Assembly (NCBI GenBank): GCA_964345555.1
Contig: CAYFRD010000001.1
Coordinates: forward strand, 9,672 to 73,671
Source: an uncultured Peptoniphilus sp.
Lineage (GTDB): Bacteria; Bacillota; Clostridia; Tissierellales; Peptoniphilaceae
Length of the DNA stretch: 64,000 bases
Direction: 5' to 3'
Position 1 is the first letter of the stretch. Every line of letters starts with the position of its first letter. This document shows positions 1 to 9,239 of this stretch, piece by piece. The translations under genes were made by a program, and so were the position numbers. A model generated the notes under the pieces. It saw only the letters and a list, made by a program, of their open reading frames with translations. It was not told where the DNA came from and made no database searches.

Positions 1-549
1 TCCCATTACCAATCCCAAAAACTCTATGGCTCTAAGTTCTCTGCTCGCCACCTTGAGCACCAATTCCTCTATTGTGCTGAGATCCAATTCATTTATCTTG
101 TTCTCAATGAGGGTGGCTACGTCCATTTTCTCCCTGATTTGCGTCTGTGCAACTCCTTTGAATTCTTCGAATATCTTGGGAGCTTCCTTGTTCATTTTTC
201 CATCCACAGCTTTTATAAGCATATTTCTAAGGGCAGCCGGCAACAGTGTTGTATTCTCCTCTATTATGTTGTCCACTCTCCCTGAGATAAATTTTGCAAA
301 TTCCTTTTCATCTTCTCTGCTTATCAACTGGTCGATTAAATCTTCTCTGTCCAGCAGATCATCCCTGACCAAAAGGCTGAACTTCTTCGCAAGATCTCCT
401 TTACGCTTAGGTATCAGTCCCTGAAATAAAAAGGGTCCGAACTTTATCGGCTCGAAAGGTCTGAAAATACTCTTTACCGCCAATATATTGGTTATATATC
501 CTATAAGTGCGCTTATTATCGCAATAAACAAAACTCGTACTAATTCCAT
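1..549 (-). CDS. DUF445-family membrane protein (YheB-like); N-terminal 183 codons only, the C-terminus lies beyond the left window edge
   Basis: Not in the ORF track because there is no stop in the window. The reverse frame opens at ATG 549..547, preceded by AAAGGAGAAA (551..560). It reads MELVRVLFIAIISALIGYITNILAVKSIFRPFEPIKFGPFLFQGLIPKRKGDLAKKF...EELVLKVASRELRAIEFLGLVMG down to base 1 without a stop. The FRPxxP...GLIPKR and SRELxxIExLG patterns are typical of DUF445. Listed ORFs 26..424(+) and 407..592(-) are shadow/alternate frames of this gene. Confidence 0.75.
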   Translation of the reverse strand, partial: MELVRVLFIAIISALIGYITNILAVKSIFRPFEPIKFGPFLFQGLIPKRKGDLAKKFSLLVRDDLLDREDLIDQLISREDEKEFAKFISGRVDNIIEENTTLLPAALRNMLIKAVDGKMNKEAPKIFEEFKGVAQTQIREKMDVATLIENKINELDLSTIEELVLKVASRELRAIEFLGLVMG

Positions 550-606
550 ATTTCTCCTTTGCAATCCTTTTAAAACTCATCTGCGGAGACAATTATACAA
601 CATTCA

Positions 607-1434
607 TTATATATTCCCAAGTATTACTCTGTTTAAATATTTTTCCGCTATTTTCTCAAAATAAATCATCAATTCAATATCCGTGGGCGGTTCAGTATAC
701 TTGTACCTGGGAAAGTATCTCGTGATGTGTAGAGGTATGTCCCTGTCTAAAGATGCTAAGAATTCCACTTCTCTCACGAATTCCTCCAAATTGTCGGATA
801 TGCCCGGCACTATAAGTGTGGTAATCTCCACATGGGATTTTTCCGTCGTTTTTCTGATAGTGTTCAAGACCGTTTTTAAATCGCCGCCCATCTTCCTGTA
901 CTTATCTTCCGAAAAAGCTTTTAAATCTATATTCCATGCATCTACAAAGGGTAACAATTTTTGCAAATACCTGTCGTTTATTTGACCGTTCGATACCAAC
1001 ACGATTCGCAACTCTTCTTCGGAAGCGAGTTTCGCCGTGTCCAGTATATATTCGTAATTCAAAAGTGGTTCATTGTATGTGAAAGCAATGCCTATGTTGC
1101 CGTCTTTTTCGTAATTTTTTGCGATGTTTATTAACCTTTCAGGAGAAACTTCTTCAAAGGGATAATCTTTCAATCCCGCTCTCGATATCTCGTGATTTTG
1201 ACAAAATTCACATGCCATATTACAGCCGAAGGAACCCACGGATAAGATATTGCTTCCCGGACAGAAGAAATTAAGCGGTTTTTTCTCTATGGGATCTAAA
1301 CCCAGCGCCAAAATCTTCCCATAGTTTAAGGAAATTATTCTTGATCCGTCGTTTTTTCTCGTCTTGCAAAAACCCACTTCATTTTTCTTGATTTTACAGT
1401 ATCGCGGGCATAAATCGCATATCAAGTTACTCAT
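607..1434 (-). CDS. amrS: AmmeMemoRadiSam system radical SAM enzyme
   Basis: ORF 607..1449. It carries the radical SAM CX3CX2C motif (CNMACEFC) plus an N-terminal Cys cluster (CDLCPRYC). Length and layout are typical of AmrS. The preferred start is ATG 1434 (MSNLICDL) behind GAGGTGG; it overlaps the upstream stop by 8 nt (ATGAGTAA). Confidence 0.85.
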   Translation of the reverse strand: MSNLICDLCPRYCKIKKNEVGFCKTRKNDGSRIISLNYGKILALGLDPIEKKPLNFFCPGSNILSVGSFGCNMACEFCQNHEISRAGLKDYPFEEVSPERLINIAKNYEKDGNIGIAFTYNEPLLNYEYILDTAKLASEEELRIVLVSNGQINDRYLQKLLPFVDAWNIDLKAFSEDKYRKMGGDLKTVLNTIRKTTEKSHVEITTLIVPGISDNLEEFVREVEFLASLDRDIPLHITRYFPRYKYTEPPTDIELMIYFEKIAEKYLNRVILGNI

Positions 1435-2731
1435 GACGCACCACCTCAAATCTCTCGAGAGAATAATTTTCTTCCTTGGATATTCCGGCCTTTCTTAGAG
1501 CTATGGAAACCTGTGTTTCCACATCGTCGACACCTTCAAGATCAGGCAACAGAAGTCCTCTTTTTCTTCCATAGGTAACTATGACTCCGTACTTTTTGAC
1601 ATCAAGCATAGAAATATCATCGATTTTTTCCGCTTCACCCAGCACATCTACGGAAATTTTCAAATTCTCAAGTTCTTCTTCTCTCACAGGATAAAATCTC
1701 GGATCTTCCGTAGAAGAACTTATCGCATTGTGCATTACTTCCTCTCCCACGCAATCAGACGTAGGAGCAATGGTTCCTATGCAGCCTCTAAGCTCTGAGT
1801 TTTCATGAATGCTCACGAAAACTCCCGCCCTCTTTGCCCTTAATTCCTCGGGCATTTCTTCGTAAATTTTTTCCAGACTTTCTCTATCTCCCCTGACATA
1901 ACTTTCTATGGTATCTCTCGCAAGTTTCACATAAATATCCTCTTGAGGTGTGAAAGAAAAAGCTCCATATCCTACACCGAAAGGTCCTTCATAGGATAGT
2001 TTCTCAGCTTTTACCTTTACCCTGTCAAATATTCCGGCCATTATATCAAAGGATTTTATACCGCATTGGGCAGCTTTTTCTATTAAGTTCTCCGGGAATT
2101 CAATCAAAGATTTAAAATCCGCTTTCTCCAGAGTCTCAATGATTTTTTCGTCAAATAGAGGCCCTTCCGCCCTATATCCATAGGGGCCATCCTCCTTTAA
2201 TACATGAGACAAATCTCCGGACGCTATGTAGACAACACGTCTATTTAACTCATCTACGGATTTTTTTACCGCTTTTCCCAAATCACAATGAACTTCTGCC
2301 GGCAATGCTGAGATGCCCAACCTCACAATTTTATAGTCCCTATATTTTTCATTGATAAACCTGATCGGTATTAAACTTCCATGATCAAGCTCTCTTGATT
2401 CTTCAACAGGTGACGCCATCGGTGCCGAGTAGAAATTATCCTTTATTTTAAGAACTAATTCCTCGTCATAGATCACGGACTCCTCTACTCCTCCGATACC
2501 GAAGTCAGACAAATCTCCCTCGGCACTTTGCCCTCCTCCTATGAAAAACCCGTCCCTGTAGGCAGGCGCATGAGGCGATGAAATAATAATCACTTCCGGC
2601 TTTAATTTTGCTATTTCCTCCGCAACTTTTTTAAAAGAATTTGCAGTCTTCTCGATCTTCTTCTCTTCTCCTCGACCCACTTCCGGCAAGATAATCGGCG
2701 GATGCGGAAGAACATATCCTCTTAAAATCAT
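1427..2731 (-). CDS. amrA: Fusion protein: class III extradiol dioxygenase/Memo-like domain (AmrB-like) + AMMECR1 domain (AmrA)
   Basis: 434 aa. The N-terminal ~270 aa (YVLPHPPIILPEVGRG...SPHAP...DHGSLIPIRF...SGDLSH) has a LigB/Memo-type fold signature. The C-terminal ~165 aa (GVFVSIHENSELRGCIGTIAPTSD...STEDPRFYPV...ISVDVL) is AMMECR1. It is translationally coupled to amrS. Confidence 0.8.
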   Translation of the reverse strand: MILRGYVLPHPPIILPEVGRGEEKKIEKTANSFKKVAEEIAKLKPEVIIISSPHAPAYRDGFFIGGGQSAEGDLSDFGIGGVEESVIYDEELVLKIKDNFYSAPMASPVEESRELDHGSLIPIRFINEKYRDYKIVRLGISALPAEVHCDLGKAVKKSVDELNRRVVYIASGDLSHVLKEDGPYGYRAEGPLFDEKIIETLEKADFKSLIEFPENLIEKAAQCGIKSFDIMAGIFDRVKVKAEKLSYEGPFGVGYGAFSFTPQEDIYVKLARDTIESYVRGDRESLEKIYEEMPEELRAKRAGVFVSIHENSELRGCIGTIAPTSDCVGEEVMHNAISSSTEDPRFYPVREEELENLKISVDVLGEAEKIDDISMLDVKKYGVIVTYGRKRGLLLPDLEGVDDVETQVSIALRKAGISKEENYSLERFEVVRHE

Positions 2732-2777
2732 AATATCACCACCCTTTATTGTTAATAGTTATACCCATAGAAAAAGA

Positions 2778-2799
2778 AAGACAGTCAATTGACTGTCTT
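2778..2799. repeat. Perfect 22-nt palindrome AAGACAGTCAATTGACTGTCTT; either a minus-strand intrinsic terminator or an operator of the amr operon
   Basis: 9-bp stem with a 4-nt loop. On the minus strand it is followed by TCTTTTTCT. Its right half also contains TTGACT (2783..2788, minus), 19 nt upstream of TATAAC (2758..2763, minus), i.e. a possible -35 for the amrA-amrS operon. Confidence 0.4.
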
Positions 2800-2941
2800 A
2801 GGATAAAAATTTATTTATTATTTAAAGTTTAAATTCTGATTTTTATGACAAGTGAGATTTAAACCTTTGTTTTTTATTAAACCATTATTTTTCTATTTTC
2901 AAAATAAATTTTACTATTGATATTCAAAAAAATAAATTCTG

Positions 2942-2950
2942 TGTTACAAT
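2942..2950 (+). promoter_or_regulatory. Extended -10 element (TGTTACAAT) for the tRNA-Thr gene
   Basis: TGnTACAAT ends 8 nt before the first tRNA nucleotide. There is no good -35. Confidence 0.35.
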
Positions 2951-2958
2951 ATTTTTAT

Positions 2959-3034
2959 GCTGTTGTGGCTCAGATGGTAGAGCAATTGATTCGTAATCAA
3001 TAGGTCGCGGGTTCAAGTCCCGCCAACAGCTCCA
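2959..3034 (+). tRNA. tRNA-Thr (anticodon CGU), CCA encoded
   Basis: Folded by hand. Acceptor GCTGTTG/CAACAGC; D-arm GCTC-AGATGGTA-GAGC; anticodon arm ATTGA-TTCGTAA-TCAAT (CGT at positions 34-36); variable loop AGGTC; T-arm GCGGG-TTCAAGT-CCCGC; discriminator T; CCA at 3032..3034. Confidence 0.93.
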
Positions 3035-3050
3035 ACCCTTGAACTCATTT

Positions 3051-3698
3051 TCACGCTTTACTCATTCGTTTCATCGTGTCTAAAATATTCTCATGTTCCA
3101 AATTTTTCACATCGAAAGAAAACATATTAAATACTATTTGAACAAAAACTCCACCCAGCACGGAACTTATTATTGTCCCTATTCCAAAACTTCCGCCGAG
3201 CATTATGCCTACGACCACAGCCATTACATCAACTATTGACTTTGTATATCCCATTTTCATCTTCCATTTTTTGGACAACGCTATGGAAAGAGAATCTCTG
3301 GGGCCGCTGCCGAAGCCCGGTTTTATGTAGTAATAGGTGGCAAATCCTATGATTATCATTCCCAAGAACAAAAACAGAATCTTCATAGGCAATGTATCGG
3401 GTACGGTGAATATGCCCGTGTTTATGTTCAACTGCAAAAATCCCCCTATTAATGTGGAGTTAAATATGGTGCCTATGCCGAAAGGCTCTCCCATAGCCAC
3501 AGCAACAAATATTATTACTATGGATACGATTACATTTACTATTCCTATGCCGATGCCTGTGTGCAGTGTTATGCCGCCGTGAAACACGTTCCACGGATCC
3601 ATTCCCAGCCCGTTATATACGTAAAAGGTAAGTCCCAAACCATATAGATAACAGCCGAATACAAGATATACGATTCTCTTTAAAAAGTTTTTATCCAT
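3051..3698 (-). CDS. YczE-like (COG2364/DUF6198-type) multi-pass membrane protein
   Basis: 215 aa with about 6 hydrophobic segments. The N-terminal pattern FGCYLYGLGLTFYVYNGLGMDPWNVF resembles the YczE/YitT-like family. Confidence 0.6.
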   Translation of the reverse strand: MDKNFLKRIVYLVFGCYLYGLGLTFYVYNGLGMDPWNVFHGGITLHTGIGIGIVNVIVSIVIIFVAVAMGEPFGIGTIFNSTLIGGFLQLNINTGIFTVPDTLPMKILFLFLGMIIIGFATYYYIKPGFGSGPRDSLSIALSKKWKMKMGYTKSIVDVMAVVVGIMLGGSFGIGTIISSVLGGVFVQIVFNMFSFDVKNLEHENILDTMKRMSKA

Positions 3699-3854
3699 GT
3701 GAATTCCTCTCCATGTAAAATTATAAATTAATTATAATATAAAACCTTTGTAAAATCTTAAATTTCTGAAGAAATGAATTAAATATTGAATATATGTCGT
3801 TTTTCACTGTTGAATATCTAAAAAAATCTCAAGTTTAAATGGATATATTTTTCA

Positions 3855-3892
3855 TATGAAAAGCCTGCTCCCATTGTATAGGTACAGGCTTT
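3855..3892 (-). terminator. Weak intrinsic terminator downstream of the htrA-like gene
   Basis: On the minus strand, AAGCCTG/CAGGCTT (7 bp, 17-nt loop) is followed by TTTTCAT. It lies 14 nt after the stop at 3906. Confidence 0.35.
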
Positions 3893-3905
3893 AAAAATAT
3901 TCTAT

Positions 3906-5159
3906 TTAGTTTTGTATATCTCTTTGAGCTTCAGGATCAGATTCCACTGAATAGTCGGAGAAAGTAAGTTCCAATTCCTTTTCCTGTCCGTTCCTTATGA
4001 TCTTCACTTTTATGGTTTCTCCCGGGGAGTATTTGTACATTATGCTTTGCATGCTCATTATTCCCGTGATGTCGTCATTGCCTATTTTGACTATTACATC
4101 TCCCACTTCTATACCGGCAGCCTTTGCAGGCGAGTTTTCATATACTTTAAATATAAATACTCCTTTGTCCACACTTAATTTTTGACCTAGATATTTTTCC
4201 GCTCCTTCTACATCCACGGACAGTACACCTAATGATATTGGTTTGTATTCTCCCGTTTCCAGTATTTGGTCTATCATGGGTTTTACAAAATTAATGGGTA
4301 TGGCAAATCCCATTCCCTCTGCGGTGTTTACCTTCACAGTGTTTATACCTATTACTTCACCTTTTTCGTTGAGAAGAGGTCCGCCTGAGTTTCCTCCGTT
4401 TATTGATGCATCTGTTTGGATAAGACCCACCATGTATCCGCCACCGTTTACTTGTCCTACATATCTGTCCAATCCGGAGATAATGCCTTGGCTGACTGAG
4501 TGTTGAAATGCCATGTCGATGGGATTACCTATGGCTATGGTTGTTTCTCCTATTTGTGCCGAATCGGAATCACCTAAGGTCGCAGGCACAAGTTTTTTAT
4601 CGCCGGGTTCAATTTTAACTACAGCTATGTCTGCACCTGTTTCTACCCAGACCGGTTTGCCCTTGAAGGCTGTTCCGTCTTCTATTATAACAGTGCATTC
4701 ACTTACCACTTGATTATTCATCTTTACGACGTGGGCGTTGGTAAGAATGTATCCTTCTTCGTTTAGAATTATTCCCGATCCTGTGCCCGTAGTTTGCATC
4801 GGTCCGAAAAAGCTGTATGTTTCTCCTGTGGTAGTGATGCCCACAACAGATGGTATGGCTTTTTTAGCGACAGCTGTCGCCACATTTACATCACCCTTTG
4901 TACTGATGGTTATGGCCTGGTTGTTTTCCGCCGAGGGTTGATCGCTATTTGAAACATTGTCCATCAACAGCACATTGGTTATTGCAGAGCCTATAACTCC
5001 TCCCAGTATTGAGAAAACAAGTGCCATCACTATCCAAGACTTACCTGATTTCTTTTTGTTTTTTCTATTATATTGATTGTAACCGTCATTATATTGTGTA
5101 TCATATCGGTCTTCATATTCAAATCTTTGAACTTCGTTTTCATTTTCCTTTTCAAACAA
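3906..5159 (-). CDS. HtrA/DegP-family (S1C) serine protease with N-terminal membrane anchor and C-terminal PDZ domain
   Basis: Catalytic triad contexts TNAHV, DIAVVK and GNSGGPL. One TM segment (WIVMALVFSILGGVIGSAI). PDZ-like C-terminus (GVFIFKVYENSPAKAAGIEVGDVIVKIG). Confidence 0.9.
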   Translation of the reverse strand: MFEKENENEVQRFEYEDRYDTQYNDGYNQYNRKNKKKSGKSWIVMALVFSILGGVIGSAITNVLLMDNVSNSDQPSAENNQAITISTKGDVNVATAVAKKAIPSVVGITTTGETYSFFGPMQTTGTGSGIILNEEGYILTNAHVVKMNNQVVSECTVIIEDGTAFKGKPVWVETGADIAVVKIEPGDKKLVPATLGDSDSAQIGETTIAIGNPIDMAFQHSVSQGIISGLDRYVGQVNGGGYMVGLIQTDASINGGNSGGPLLNEKGEVIGINTVKVNTAEGMGFAIPINFVKPMIDQILETGEYKPISLGVLSVDVEGAEKYLGQKLSVDKGVFIFKVYENSPAKAAGIEVGDVIVKIGNDDITGIMSMQSIMYKYSPGETIKVKIIRNGQEKELELTFSDYSVESDPEAQRDIQN

Positions 5160-5284
5160 TTTAATTACCTCTCTTTCCCTATTTCCTACATTATATATAA
5201 AGTTAATACCCTAATTGTGACACATTTATGAAATTTTATTTTAAATTTGGTGAATTTTGGTATGAATATATAGAGGAGGTAATT

Positions 5285-5950
5285 ATGAAAATAACTTTTA
5301 TTAAACACTCATGCTATACTGTTGAAACGGAAAATTATTATTTAGTATTTGATTATATAGGAGGAAATTTAAATATCCCCAAGGATAAAAAACTCGTGTT
5401 TTTTGTAAGCCACAGACATGCAGACCATTTCAGCGATAAAATATTTGATTACAATGCCGACATGTATGTAATATCAGATGATGTTAATTTCCATTGCAAC
5501 GGCAATGTTGCAATCATGGCACCTGATGAAGAAATTCACGCCCTGGGCTTGACCATAATCACCCACGGTTCCACCGATGAAGGTGTAAGTTTTTATGTAA
5601 ATGTTGAAGATCAGGGGATAATTCATTCAGGAGATTTGAATTATTGGATGTGGGATCACTACACAAAGACGGATATTTTGGAAATGGACAGATGGTTTAA
5701 GTCCGAAGTGGATAAGTTCAAAAGCTATGATACTTCTGTGGTAATGATGCCCGTAGATCCAAGGCTTAAAGAATACTACGATTTAACAGCAGACTACTTT
5801 TTGCAAAATATTGAGGCAGATCACTTTTTCCCCATGCATATGTGGGAGAATTTCGATATTTCAAGGAGATTAAAGGAAAAATATCAACACCAATATCCAA
5901 ACAAAGAAATCCATATTGTGCAAGGAGATGGAGAAATTTTTGAAATATAA
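5285..5950 (+). CDS. MBL-fold metallo-hydrolase
   Basis: HxHxDH motif (SHRHADHF). The start is moved to ATG 5285 (MKITFIKHS) behind GAGGAGG, in frame with track ORF 5228..5950. Confidence 0.75.
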   Translation: MKITFIKHSCYTVETENYYLVFDYIGGNLNIPKDKKLVFFVSHRHADHFSDKIFDYNADMYVISDDVNFHCNGNVAIMAPDEEIHALGLTIITHGSTDEGVSFYVNVEDQGIIHSGDLNYWMWDHYTKTDILEMDRWFKSEVDKFKSYDTSVVMMPVDPRLKEYYDLTADYFLQNIEADHFFPMHMWENFDISRRLKEKYQHQYPNKEIHIVQGDGEIFEI

Positions 5951-6011
5951 AACTTATAAAGTATTCTCTGTATCTTAAAAATAAAACAAATTAACTGCTG
6001 AATTTTAATAT

Positions 6012-6088
6012 AAAAAAAGCCTTTGAATGAGTTAGTGTTTGGAGTAATTCTCAGTCTACGTAACCTAACTAAGGAATCAAAGGCTTTT
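6012..6088. terminator. Long imperfect hairpin between convergent genes (bidirectional terminator)
   Basis: AAAGCCTTTGA (6016..6026) pairs with TCAAAGGCTTT (6077..6087), with an inner AGTTAG/CTAACT pairing. It is flanked by an A-run on the left and a T-run on the right. Confidence 0.5.
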
Positions 6089-6120
6089 GTAATCTTATAA
6101 ATTAAATATTTTAATTTCTA

Positions 6121-7551
6121 TTATTTTAAGTTTTCCAGTATTTTTTTAGTGAGTTCCCATGTGTTTTTTACGGATGAAATACTCACTCTTTCCAGAGGAC
6201 TGTGCACGTCGTGCATATTCGGTCCGTAAGATACCATTTCACAGTTGGGAAGTGCTTGTTTCAGCATTCCGCATTCAAGTCCCGCGTGTATTGACGTGTA
6301 GATTGCTTCTTTTCCGAAGACTTCTTCATAGGATTTAAGCGCTATATCTCTTAAGGGACTGTCTTTTTCAAAATGCCATGACGGATAGGTGTTAGATATT
6401 ACAAACCTTGCATCGCATTTCTTCGACAAATTTTTAAGAACTGCAACCATGTAGTCCAGTTTTGAATCGACTGAGGATCTCAGTGATGTTTCAATAAATA
6501 TTTCCTTATCTCTTTGTTCAATGACTGCTACATTCAGCGAAGACTCCACAAGTCCGTCGATATCCTTGGACATGGACATAACACCATCGGGCGACATCAA
6601 TATATAATCTATTAAATTATTTGTGCTTTTCGCATCCATGCAGCTTTCCAATTCCACATCCATAAAGCTTATTTCAAAACCCGGTTCTTCAACTTCATAT
6701 TCGTCTATTATATCCGATGCGATTTTTTCCATAGCCGCTCTTGCTCCGTCAAGTTTCTCCGTAAAAATTTCTGCATAAGCTTTTTGCGGAATTGCGTTTT
6801 GTTTAGTTCCTCCACTTATCTTGGCTATCTTGACATCGAAGATGTTTCTTCCTTCTTCAAGAATTCTGAATAAAACTTTGTTGGCATTTGCTCTTTGTTC
6901 ATGTATGACTTGTCCTGAGTGTCCGCCTTTTAATCCTTCAATTAAAATGCCTATTCCCGTTTTTTTGCATTCTTCGACTTCATATTGGAAGTAAGTTTCA
7001 ATAGTTGCTCCGCCTGCCGATGCTACGGTGAATATTCCTTCTTCTTCGGAATCTATGTTCAAAAGTCTGGTTCCCTTTAAAAGTTCCCCCTTAACTGCCG
7101 CCGCACCGTCCATAGTGGTTTCCTCTTGCGTAGTTATCAAAAGTTCAAGGGGCGGATGTTTTATTTCATCAGAATCCAAAATTGCAAGTCCGTAGGCAAC
7201 CGCTATACCGTTGTCCGCTCCCAATGTTGTACCCTTCGCCTTTAGAAAATCTCCTTCAACTTCCAGTTCGATGGGATCCTTCTCAAAGTCGTGTTCAACA
7301 CCTTCCGCCTTTACGCATACCATGTCCATGTGCCCTTGAATTATCACGGGTTCTGAATTTTCAAATCCTTCCGTTGCCGGTTTCTTTATTATTACATTCC
7401 ACAACTCATCTTGAAATACTTCCAATCCTCTGTCTTTGGCAAATTTCACCAAGTAGTCGGAAATTTCCTTTTCATTTCCGGATTCTCTTGGGATTTTCGT
7501 TATTTCATAAAATTTTTCAAATACTTCTTTCGGTTCTAAATTAAAATCCAT
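6121..7551 (-). CDS. pepD: Aminoacyl-histidine (Xaa-His) dipeptidase, M20C family
   Basis: 476 aa. N-terminus FEKFYEITKIPRESGNEKEISDYL...IIQGHMDMVC is typical of PepD. Confidence 0.88.
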   Translation of the reverse strand: MDFNLEPKEVFEKFYEITKIPRESGNEKEISDYLVKFAKDRGLEVFQDELWNVIIKKPATEGFENSEPVIIQGHMDMVCVKAEGVEHDFEKDPIELEVEGDFLKAKGTTLGADNGIAVAYGLAILDSDEIKHPPLELLITTQEETTMDGAAAVKGELLKGTRLLNIDSEEEGIFTVASAGGATIETYFQYEVEECKKTGIGILIEGLKGGHSGQVIHEQRANANKVLFRILEEGRNIFDVKIAKISGGTKQNAIPQKAYAEIFTEKLDGARAAMEKIASDIIDEYEVEEPGFEISFMDVELESCMDAKSTNNLIDYILMSPDGVMSMSKDIDGLVESSLNVAVIEQRDKEIFIETSLRSSVDSKLDYMVAVLKNLSKKCDARFVISNTYPSWHFEKDSPLRDIALKSYEEVFGKEAIYTSIHAGLECGMLKQALPNCEMVSYGPNMHDVHSPLERVSISSVKNTWELTKKILENLK

Positions 7552-7704
7552 CAGTTCCTCCTAATTATTTATATTTAAATCTCATCTTTCATCTCTTCTC
7601 ACTTCCATCTTATTGATTATGAAATTTATTGTCAAGTTTATAAAATTTATGTTATTATTTGATTTAGGAGGGATTTTATTAAAGGTTTAAAAGAATATTA
7701 TGAT

Positions 7705-8328
7705 TTGCCTGTTTTTGTCGGTTTCGTTATTTTAAATACTTTATTTTTTTACCTGACCTATACCGCTGCAACTATCGAAGACTTTTCAAGTTATTTTATA
7801 ATTAACGACAGTCTAACAATTGTAAGTATAGTATATGTCATCTATGTCGTAGCACTTTTTATTTCAAAGAATCCCTTTTACAAAAGCAAGAGTTATGCCG
7901 CTCAACTATTGTTCTTTCTTCCTCTGCTATCTTTAGCCGTAATTTTATACTTGAAAATAGATATAAAGAGAGATTTTATATTTACATCCTACATACTCTT
8001 ATTGCTTCTTGCTATCTACAGATTCATCAAGTACAACGGTCAGTATATAGACCAAAAATACACCTCCGATTTCAAATATTTCAAAAATGCAAAATTAATC
8101 GAGTTTGTATATTTTGTGTTAATCTATGCCATGATCGCTCTTTTTCTCGTTGACAAACTCCTTTGGTCAATTGTTCCATTGCTTTTAGCAATCGGATTTG
8201 CAATATTTTCCAATCGCAAAAAATTAAAGACAAAGCTGGACGATTTTAAATACGCCGGCCTTGTCTCCGTAACCATATATGCAATTATGGTCCTTCATGT
8301 GAATGTTATATTTTTCTCAGTGGTATAA
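7705..8328 (+). CDS. Hypothetical multi-pass membrane protein
   Basis: Hydrophobic 207-aa ORF with no recognisable family. The start is uncertain: the TTG at 7705 has no SD, while an in-frame ATT at 7678 sits 5 nt after AGGAGGG. Confidence 0.45.
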   Translation: MPVFVGFVILNTLFFYLTYTAATIEDFSSYFIINDSLTIVSIVYVIYVVALFISKNPFYKSKSYAAQLLFFLPLLSLAVILYLKIDIKRDFIFTSYILLLLLAIYRFIKYNGQYIDQKYTSDFKYFKNAKLIEFVYFVLIYAMIALFLVDKLLWSIVPLLLAIGFAIFSNRKKLKTKLDDFKYAGLVSVTIYAIMVLHVNVIFFSVV

Positions 8329-8384
8329 TGGATATTTATCCTCGCATATTTCACATACTTGAGAAACAGACTGCCCATTAAGAA

Positions 8385-9239
8385 TTAATCCAATCTCATT
8401 ATTCCACAGCCTATGGCTCCGGGACCTCCGTGCACTCCAAGCACAGGCGTAAGTTCCGTTTCAAGAAACAGATCCGCACCTTTAATCAGGTCCTTAATGC
8501 TTTCCTTCAAGATTTCTTTTTCCCTTTCATTGTCTCCGGAAAAAATAATCAATCTGTATTTCTTAGACTCCCCTACTTCTTTTATTATCGCCTCGGTAAA
8601 TACCTTCAAACTCTTTACTTCGCCTCTTATCTTGTCCAAGGCCACCACCGCTCCGCTGTCATCTTGAGAAAGAAGAGATGTTATCTTCAACAAATTACCT
8701 ATCATTCCCTTGTACTTATTGAATCTGCCGCCCTTTACAAGATAACTCAAAGTTCTGAAGAGAGCATATATTTTAGTTTGATCGTTTACCCTGTCCAACT
8801 CTTTAAAAATCTCTTTTATATTTTTACCTTCATCTCTCAATTCCGCCGCTCTTATGGTCATAAGTGCTGTAGTCGCTCCTACGTGCTTAGTTTCGTATAT
8901 ATGAATATTTATTCCCTCATAGGATTGCTTGACCGTATGGTAAAGCGTCGCCATGCCCGTAACCGTGCTCGATGAAGTTATACAAATGATATCCTCTACT
9001 CCCTCGGACTTCAATTGATCAAATAAATCTACAACATCTTTAACCGGAGGAACACCTGTGGATAGACATTCATAGTTTTTCATAACCTTGTAAAATTCCT
9101 TTGAGCTTATATCTTCCAAATCCTTGTAGTGTTTACCGTCCATTTCTATGTAGTAGGATAAAAGTCTGACCCCGAACCTTTCAGCCAATTCATATGTAAG
9201 ATCCTGAGTCGTATCGGCAATAATTTCAATTCTCTTCAT
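8385..9239 (-). CDS. DegV-family fatty-acid-binding protein
   Basis: 284 aa. Typical DegV N-terminus (IEIIADTTQDLTYELAERFGVRLLSYYI) and length. Confidence 0.88.
   Translation of the reverse strand: MKRIEIIADTTQDLTYELAERFGVRLLSYYIEMDGKHYKDLEDISSKEFYKVMKNYECLSTGVPPVKDVVDLFDQLKSEGVEDIICITSSSTVTGMATLYHTVKQSYEGINIHIYETKHVGATTALMTIRAAELRDEGKNIKEIFKELDRVNDQTKIYALFRTLSYLVKGGRFNKYKGMIGNLLKITSLLSQDDSGAVVALDKIRGEVKSLKVFTEAIIKEVGESKKYRLIIFSGDNEREKEILKESIKDLIKGADLFLETELTPVLGVHGGPGAIGCGIMRLD

Noticed and set aside
26-592. Track ORFs 26..424(+) and 407..592(-)
   Set aside because: Both are alternate frames of the DUF445 gene (1..549, minus), which the track missed because it has no stop in the window.
2959-3034. 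tRNA-Thr as an integration hotspot flanking a genomic island
   Set aside because: No integrase, no direct repeat of the tRNA 3' end, and no phage or mobile genes lie on either side. The neighbours are ordinary housekeeping genes.
7662-7707. Non-canonical ATT start (7678) with a perfect AGGAGGG SD for the 7705..8328 membrane protein
   Set aside because: It is attractive by spacing, but ATT starts are very rare. Given the homopolymer errors elsewhere (T4/T5 runs nearby), the true start cannot be decided from the sequence alone, so the track start was kept with low confidence.
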